Shown here: positions 1-5,704 of the stretch, in pieces
Layout of the letters: each line of letters begins with the position of its first letter
How positions within the stretch are numbered: the stretch's first letter is position 1
Source: Fonticula alba ATCC 38817
Lineage: Eukaryota > Protista > Nucleariida
Length of the DNA stretch: 8,044 nucleotides
Strand: one strand, 5' to 3'
Assembly: GCA_000388065.2 (NCBI GenBank)
Contig: KB932207.1
Notes under the pieces: generated by a model
Database searches by the model: none
Seen by the model: only the letters and a program-made list of their open reading frames with translations
What the model was told of the DNA's origin: nothing
Translations under genes and position numbers: made by a program

Positions 1-128
1 CTTCTTGTACCTCTCGAGACGAAATGCTTTCTTCCGAGGCGTGATCTCCATATCGGAGAACAAGCCTCGGTGAATCAGTCCGAGCGTTTCAATTCAAAAA
101 GATCACACATGCGACACGCCCCAGGCCC

Positions 129-133
129 AAAAA
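129..133 (-). terminator. Pol III terminator (T5) of tRNA-Ala copy 1
   Basis: Minus-strand trailer reads ATCCTTCTC-TTTTT, starting 9 nt after the discriminator base. Confidence 0.65.
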
Positions 134-142
134 GAGAAGGAT

Positions 143-214
143 TGGAGCAATGGAGGATTGAACTCCAGACCCCCCGCATGCGAAGCGGGTGCTCTACCAC
201 TGAGCTATTACCCC
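143..214 (-). tRNA. tRNA-Ala(CGC), intronless, copy 1
   Basis: Minus strand GGGGTAATAGCTCAGTGGTAGAGCACCCGCTTCGCATGCGGGGGGTCTGGAGTTCAATCCTCCATTGCTCCA (72 nt) folds into a cloverleaf: acceptor GGGGTAA/TTGCTCC with the G3:U70 Ala identity pair, D stem GCTC/GAGC, anticodon stem CCCGC/GCGGG with loop TT-CGC-AT, T stem TGGAG/CTCCA with TTCAATC, discriminator A. Confidence 0.97.
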
Positions 215-245
215 TAATCCTGACACCCTCCCTGGGAAGAGTCCC

Positions 246-252
246 TTATAAA
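246..252. promoter_or_regulatory. TATA-like element about 32 nt upstream of tRNA-Ala copy 1
   Basis: TTATAAA in otherwise GC-rich DNA at the usual TFIIIB/TBP distance from the tRNA 5' end (214). The core TTATAA is palindromic. Confidence 0.45.
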
Positions 253-494
253 GTAGCGTCAAGGGGAGTAGCCGCATGTTCCCCCTTGGTGAAACTGCAA
301 CCCGTCCTCGTCCGACAACCCCGGGCGCAGGCCTCCCGCTGTTTGTGCCCCAGCTGACTGACACTGATCACGGAGACCGGGGTTTTGACTGGGCAGCCAT
401 ATCACACGCCCCCCCTGTAAACTTGTGCCTCCACATTCCTCAGCGCTCTGACTAGAGAGGCCCCCCGCCCCCCTCTCTCCCCAGTTGGTGTGAA

Positions 495-518
495 TGTGTG
501 TGTGTGTGTGTGTGTGTG
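495..518. repeat. (TG)12 microsatellite
   Basis: Direct reading of the sequence. Confidence 0.95.
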
Positions 519-1115
519 TATGCATTGGACACCTCCGAAGATGCCCCCCCTTTCCTGGCGGGATCATCCGCCCGAATCAGGTCAACAGGCAGGGGGGGGC
601 GGGGGGCGGGGGGCGGAGCAGCCAGGACACCATCTGCAGCGCTCGGTGCGTGTTGCGTCTAGTCCTCGCCCGGCTCGCGGCTCTCTCGACCAAGGCGCCG
701 GCAAGCACCGCAGTTACGCGCCCAGCTCGCGCCGGCTTCCACTGCTTCCCCTCGTATGGGGGGGCATTCGCCGGGCCCAACCCCCGGCAGAGGGCACGGC
801 CAGGGGGCAGGCAACGGCCCAACGGGACTCAGGGGCGGGCGGAGGGGGGTACACACGGAGCCGAATGCGCCGACCCCCAACCAGCACGGACAAGCGCCTG
901 GCGGCTCGGGAGGGCCGAGAAGCGCCCCCCCGCCCCCGGGCCTCAGTGCGGAACGGTCCCTGGGCTAGTGTGTCGGGCCAAGATCGTTCGCGCGAATGCT
1001 CCCGGCATGGGGGCGGCGAATTTTAATGGCCCCTTGCTGTGCTCCGGCCCTTCCCCCCTGGCCCAGTCAGCTTCTTTTGATGCACTCTCTTCTCGCCACT
1101 CCCAGCCACCACCCG

Positions 1116-1195
1116 GTACCCTCCTCCTTCTGCCTCCCCTCCCCCCCCCCGCCCCCCCCGGCCCCAAGCCCCTAACCGCCTCCCGTGTCGTTCAG
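1116..1195 (+). other. 80-nt spliceosomal intron in the myotrophin 5'UTR
   Basis: Donor CCG|GTACCC, poly-C tract, branch point CTAAC at 1172-1176, acceptor TTCAG, 53 nt before the ATG. The same donor hexamer occurs in EMC4 intron 2. Confidence 0.65.
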
Positions 1196-1248
1196 CGCTT
1201 TTTTTTTGCCACCCTCCTCCCTACACATAAGTAATCGCACACGCAACC

Positions 1249-1519
1249 ATGAGCAACGACATCTGGTGGGTTCTCAAGTCCGGCGACGTTGACGCCCTCA
1301 GCAGCATGCTCCCGGCGGACGCCGCCACCCTGCGCGACCCGAACGGCATCAGCCTCGTCCACGCCGCCGCCGACTACGGCCACGTCGATATCCTGCGCCT
1401 GCTGATCTCCCGCGGTCTGCCCGTCAACGAGGTCGACAGCTCCGGCTTCACCCCCCTCGAGCTGGCCGCCATGGAGGGCCATTACAACGCCACCGTCTTC
1501 CTGCTGGAGTCCGGTGCCT
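1249..1519 (+). CDS. MTPN: Myotrophin / V-1 (ankyrin-repeat inhibitor of actin capping protein), first coding exon; 3' partial
   Basis: IWWVLKSGDVD / HAAADYGHVDILRLLISRG / TPLELAAMEGHY match human myotrophin FMWALKNGDLD / HYAADCGQLEILEFLLLKG / TPLLSAVYEGHV. Start context CAACC-ATG. Exon ends at phase-1 donor GTACGT (1520) after 90 codons; the remaining ~28 residues are not visible and probably lie in the gap. Confidence 0.9.
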
Positions 1520-1564
1520 GTACGTGCCCCCGGGCGGGAAGCTGCCCCCCCCCCGCCCCGCCCC

Positions 1565-1574
1565 NNNNNNNNNN
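1565..1574. other. Assembly gap (10 N placeholder)
   Basis: N run flanked by C/G homopolymer-rich sequence. Confidence 0.98.
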
Positions 1575-1612
1575 CCCCCGGCGGGGGGGGAGGGCGCGCG
1601 GGCCTGGCGGGG
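1575..1612 (+). repeat. 38-nt sequence identical to the window end (8007-8044)
   Basis: CCCCCGGCGGGGGGGGAGGGCGCGCGGGCCTGGCGGGG occurs at both positions. Confidence 0.95.
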
Positions 1613-1647
1613 AGCGGGGAAGATCGTGTGACAGCGGGAGAAAAGAA

Positions 1648-1653
1648 AATAAA
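1648..1653 (+). promoter_or_regulatory. Possible polyadenylation signal AATAAA (myotrophin 3' end?)
   Basis: AATAAA in an AT-rich patch downstream of myotrophin. Use of this hexamer in this organism is unverified. Confidence 0.3.
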
Positions 1654-1727
1654 GCGCCCCTGGCGGGCCGGTTCCACAAGTCAGCCACAAAAGGCGCTTT
1701 ACGTGGGGCTGGAAGAATATCCCATTA

Positions 1728-1733
1728 TTTATT
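1728..1733 (-). promoter_or_regulatory. Possible polyadenylation signal AATAAA of a convergent transcript
   Basis: TTTATT on the + strand within the AT-rich patch 1716-1740. Confidence 0.25.
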
Positions 1734-2673
1734 TCCCATTACCCTCGCCCCTTCATTGCCAGGGGAGCCAGAGGGCGGGGGGCAGCCCTGGCGAGTCGTC
1801 ACCCAACCGGCACAGACCCGTGGGGCGAGGGTGAGGGGAACCTGGGTGGGCGCAGGGGTCCGGCCATCGGATACGCGAGTGCCGGGGCGGCACATGTGTT
1901 CCGCGCGGGCGATTGTTGCTGCAAGAATCCGTCCCCCCCCGTCCCGCCCGTTGCCTGCGGCCACTCCGCCGCTGGAATAGCCACGCGCCGAAGGCCTTTT
2001 CCTGTCGCAGGGCACGACCCCTGTGACTCATGCGCTGGTCAATTGTCTTCCTTTCGCTGGTGGCTCTCTCTGCCGTGTGGTAGACACACGCCGCCTGGGC
2101 CCTGATACACACCTTGCCCCGGCTGATCGGTGCCGGGCCTCCTGCCATTTCGCTGCCGGCAGTCTCCGGGCCCCGGACCCCGGGGCCAGCGTGCTCGCCC
2201 CTCCCCGCCCAGGAAAGGCGGGGCATCCATGGGCAACATGCGCCGGCGGATCCCCCCCCCCCCCAACGAGCAACGGCTGGCTACCCGACCTTCAGAGGCG
2301 GAGGGGGCCGGGGGGAGCCCACCCGCGCCGAAAGCACCGGAACGGCAGGCCGCTCACTTCGGTCCCACTCAGGAATGTGCTGCCCAGGGCCGTCACCCGC
2401 CCCGCCCCCCGATGCCCCTGGGCCGGGGGTCGAATGCCCCCTAGCCATCAGGACCTCGGCCAGGACCCCGCCTCGCCCACTAGCGTCGCCGGCGCTTGGC
2501 AGGGGGGAGGCCCGCATGTCGCCATCAGGGGTTCCCCCCCTCCGCACTTCGGCGAGCAGGCACGCCCTCTCGGGGGGGGGGGAGGCCTTCCTCCTCCCGG
2601 GACACGCGCATACATACACATATCTGCGAGATGGTGGAAGAATGGAGGGCGGCATGTGCGTTTGCAGGCGGGT

Positions 2674-2680
2674 TTTTATA
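2674..2680 (-). promoter_or_regulatory. TATA box-like TATAAAA
   Basis: Minus strand ATATAAAAA, followed 37 nt later by Inr-like CCATTCT and then ATGT|GTATGT. No identifiable product downstream. Confidence 0.35.
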
Positions 2681-2757
2681 TTTGGCTGATCTTCGCCCGC
2701 TTTTGGCCAGGCCAGCGCACTGAATTAAGAGCCCAATTAAATCGAGGGCCCAGGGAC

Positions 2758-2761
2758 AAAA
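2758..2761 (-). terminator. Pol III terminator (T4) of tRNA-Ala copy 2
   Basis: Minus-strand trailer TTCTC-TTTT-G immediately after the discriminator base. Confidence 0.5.
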
Positions 2762-2766
2762 GAGAA

Positions 2767-2838
2767 TGGAGCAATGGAGGATTGAACTCCAGACCCCCCG
2801 CATGCGAAGCGGGTGCTCTACCACTGAGCTATTACCCC
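2767..2838 (-). tRNA. tRNA-Ala(CGC), intronless, copy 2
   Basis: All 72 nt identical to 143-214; same cloverleaf and G3:U70 pair. Confidence 0.97.
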
Positions 2839-2848
2839 GAGTACATGG

Positions 2849-2858
2849 NNNNNNNNNN
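2849..2858. other. Assembly gap (10 N placeholder)
   Basis: N run; a G-run follows on the right side. Confidence 0.98.
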
Positions 2859-2920
2859 GGAAAGGAGGGGGGGGGGGGGAGAGACGCTGGACCATCGGGG
2901 GCGGGGGGAGGGACACGCAC

Positions 2921-4774
2921 CTGACATAGATCAATGCGCCCAGCGCGCACGGCCAAGTGCAGGGGTGGCCACTTGAAGGGGCCGATGGGGAACTCGATGC
3001 TATAGTTCATCAGGCGATTGTTCAGGTACTCCACTTGCGGCATGTCGGACTGCGAATCGGACAGGTGGGACAATTGAGACTCGACGTCGGCCATGACCGC
3101 CGCCCGGCGCTGGAGGATGGCATGCAGCATGACCGAGTCGCCGGCACGCAGGGCGGCCAGGAAGACATCCCGGAACTTCGGCCCGTCCACCGTGGGCGTG
3201 GGTGGCGGTGGGGGGACGGTGCTGGGCCGGGTCGAGGGCACGGCCGGGGCGGCCGGCGTCACCGGCGTGGCCGCTGCCGGGGTCGAGGCCGCCACCGGCG
3301 CCGCGGACGTCGCAATCGGAGTAGCGGCCAGGCCCGGCAGAGGGGGCGACGGCCGGTCCCCGGTCATCAGAGGCTCCGCCATGCGCAGCGACCCGGAAGA
3401 CGAAGACGCCAGCAGGGAGGGGGAGTCCTGCGCGGCCGGGGCCAGCGACGTGGGGACAGCGGCGATGCTGGCGCCGGAGGCCGGGCGCTGCACGGTCGGC
3501 GAGGGAACCGGCGAGCTATTCATGCTGGCCGGGTCGGAGCGGAAAATGTCGGCCCAACTACGGGGGCCCCCGGACAGGGGAGGCGCCGGGGCAGAAGCAG
3601 GCGCCGGGGCCGTTTGAATGCTGAGCCCCGGGCTGCCGGAGGAGGAGCGCCGGCTGATGGCAGCCGCCGCCGCCGCCGCCGTCGCCGCATCAATCCTCCC
3701 GGTGGGCGAGGACCCGCTGTCGCCCGGGGAGGGAGATGCACCATCGTGAGTGGACTTGGCATCCGGGCCGCCGTTCAGCGAGTTGAGCGACGCCGAGCGG
3801 CCGGACTCCCCGAGCGACTGTGCCAGGGATAGTTGCGAGCGCGTCCGGGCCCCGGGCTTCAGGCTCGCCGGTGGGGGGGTGGGGCTGGGGGTTGAGGGGC
3901 CGCCCGAGGCCTGGCCGCCACTGGAGCTGGTGGACATCAAGGCCGGAGATCCCAGGGGGGTGCTGTCGGCCGAGTAGGCCGTGGTCGAGGGATCGGCCAT
4001 GACGGCGGTGGCGGTAGCGGCCGCCGCCGCGCTGGCCGTCCCCGGCAGCGGCGGCAGGCTCGACCGGCGCTGGTCGGCCGAGGTCACCCCGGCCGAGCCG
4101 GCCAGCGAGATGGAATTCGCCCGGGAGAGGGGCTTCAGCGCCGGATCCGGGACAGGCGGCGCGCCGAAGCCCTCAGATGGGCCGGACAGCGAAGAGGAGG
4201 AGGAGGAGGAGAGATTCCCGGCGCGCAGGCGATCGGGCCGGGGAGGCGGCACCGGGGAAGGGCCAATGGCCGAGGGGGCGCCGATGGCACCGGGCGGCCG
4301 TGGCGGCAGGGCCGTGTCCTCTTCGGTCGGCACCAGCGAGGGCAAGGACCCGGAGAGGCTTTGTGAGCGGCTGCGCCGGGCCGGCGAGGCCGGCTGCGAG
4401 CCATCCAAGCTGGAAGAGGACCCCAGTGGCGAGGGAGGCACCGAGGAGACGGAATTGCTGCGTGAGCGCCCGGGCCCGGGCGAGTCGCCGGCTCCGCCGC
4501 GGCTGGGCACGTAACTGCCCCAGGCCGAAGGGGGCGGCGGGGGGAGGTCCCCGGCAACGGATGCTGGCCGGGAGGGAGGCCGCGAGGTGGGTCTCGAGGC
4601 AGACCGCAGGGCGGGCAGCCCGCCCGGGGGGGTCGGCGCCGCGCCGGAGAACATGGCCGACAGCTGCTCAACCGACAGGGACCGGCTGACGGGTGCCGGG
4701 GCCGCGGCGCCGGCGGGGGAGATCTCATCCCCAAGAAGGCCATCGAGGCCGGAGGGGGACCGCGAGAGGGACAT
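2921..4774 (-). CDS. Ankyrin-repeat protein with long Ser/Pro/Ala-rich disordered N-terminus; one 618-codon exon, 3' partial
   Basis: Open 1854-nt frame from CCCACG-ATG (MSLSRSPSG) to phase-0 donor CAG|GTGCGT at 2920, with C/G-ending codons. The end encodes FRDVFLAALRAGDSVMLHAILQRR and the ankyrin signature WPPLHLAVRAGRIDLCQ. The start is uncertain because an acceptor-like GCAG lies 13 nt upstream of the ATG. Confidence 0.8.
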
Positions 4775-4846
4775 CGTGGGCGGTCCTCTGCGGCAAGCGA
4801 GCCAGCCGGGCGCAAAGGAGGGGCGTGTAAGTTGGATGCGCTTTGT

Positions 4847-4856
4847 NNNNNNNNNN
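4847..4856. other. Assembly gap (10 N placeholder)
   Basis: N run. Confidence 0.98.
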
Positions 4857-5093
4857 CGGGCGAGGACAGCAAGCAAAAGAAGTCGCCGGAGAGAAGCGGT
4901 GCCCGTCATCCATGCTCGCCTGTTCATTTCGCAGGGGAGGATCCCTGCAGCTGCTGACCCGTCCCCCGAGGAAGTAACATGATCGGCTCCTGATATGGAA
5001 ATCACGCGGAGCACGACAAATATACCGTCGCACTGCGTCCCTATCTCCGGCAGCCTTGTGAATGTGCGACGACATCGAGGCTCGGCTTCGGCT

Positions 5094-5438
5094 CTACCCG
5101 CTCCCCCTCCACACCCCTGCGCCTGGGGCACTACGCCCCCGGGTGCACGCCCCGCCCCACCCGCCCGGTGTTGCCTCTTCTGAGGGCGATCCTCGGCGAT
5201 GGACGCTTCTTTTTGGCGGGCACCGTGCCTGCCGCGCTTGTTCTTGTTGGGGTGTTGTCCACCAAGCCCAATGGAAGAGGAGGCAACTCACCATGCTCGA
5301 TGTCCCCCGGTCCGCCCCCCCCCACCCCCCGGGGCTGATGGCCCGATCTAGTGCCGAGGGAAATAGACCGCCCCCACAAGGGCTCGCAGCCTGGGGGGGG
5401 GGGGGGGGGTAAGCGCCATCCCCCGGTGGCGGCCACAT
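5094..5438 (-). CDS. Putative small spliced ORF (93 aa; exons 5438-5292 and 5228-5094) with two PGGWGGA motifs
   Basis: ATG at 5438, strong donor ATG|GTGAGT at 5291, acceptor GGCAG at 5229, TAG at 5096-5094. No recognisable homology. An alternative frame and a 5'UTR interpretation remain possible. Confidence 0.3.
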   Translation of the reverse strand: MWPPPGDGAYPPPPPQAASPCGGGLFPSALDRAISPGGWGGADRGTSSMVSCLLFHWAWWTTPQQEQARQARCPPKRSVHRRGSPSEEATPGGWGGACTRGRSAPGAGVWRGSG

Positions 5439-5632
5439 TTGTGGTACTGTGTAAGTTCGGGCCGCCGACCGAGAGGGAAGGCCCCACCCCTTGGAGCACG
5501 CCTCTGCGCCCTGCCGACGCTCCGGCCTAGGGGCCCCTCCCGTGCAAGTCGGGCAGCGTGAGCACCGAGAAATATCGGCGTCCTGATCGGCCTCCCCCGG
5601 CCGGGGAGAGACCCCCAGAGCACAGATCCCTC

Positions 5633-5642
<10 letters not shown>

Positions 5643-5668
<26 letters not shown>
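5643..5668. repeat. (CT)13 / GAGA microsatellite within a polypyrimidine tract upstream of EMC4
   Basis: Direct reading; flanked by C runs on both sides. Confidence 0.95.
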
Positions 5669-5704
5669 CCCCCCTCCCACGTCCCTCCTTCGCGCTCTGC
5701 GGAA

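Noticed and set aside
33-45. TCCGAGGCGTGAT resembles human U4 snRNA (UCCGAGGCGCGAU)
   Set aside because: The upstream GCC..UGA.GG half of the U4 kink-turn, the U6-pairing regions and an Sm site at the right place are absent.
70-357. ORF-track ORFs running through the tRNA genes (70-357, 2023-2976)
   Set aside because: They translate the antisense of tRNA-Ala and flanking DNA, with no protein-like features.
494-1234. Long GC-rich ORFs upstream of myotrophin, G-run cluster at 592-613, and a GTGCGT donor-like site at 646
   Set aside because: Low-complexity translations starting in a TG microsatellite; no coherent exon chain or homology. G-run clusters are ubiquitous in this window.
2030-2083. 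Signal-peptide-like MRWSIVFLSLVALSAVW on the + strand
   Set aside because: It is a pyrimidine-rich tract, which automatically encodes F/L/S. It stops after 17 codons, and rescue needs a weak GTGTGG donor leading to featureless sequence.
1249-4774. Myotrophin next to a Pro-rich ankyrin protein as an actin-regulation cluster
   Set aside because: No capping-protein-interaction motif (LxHxTxxRPK) in the large protein, the two are separated by gaps, and eukaryotic adjacency alone implies no shared function.
4857-4927. Signal-peptide-like MNRRAWMTGTASLRRLLLLAVLA on the minus strand
   Set aside because: It is truncated by a gap and equally explained as an intronic pyrimidine tract; it cannot be linked to a downstream exon.
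2957-4982. Long + strand ORFs opposite the ankyrin gene, and the minus ORF 5527-6636 opposite EMC4
   Set aside because: Antisense shadows expected from GC-rich codon usage.
39-5007. 15/16-nt match between 39-54 (minus) and 4992-5007 (plus)
   Set aside because: Roughly one such match is expected by chance in 8 kb, and it does not extend.
2525-5131. 868-aa ORF in the track
   Set aside because: It is open only because it reads across two arbitrary 10-N gaps, an intron and a tRNA; only 4774-2921 is supported.
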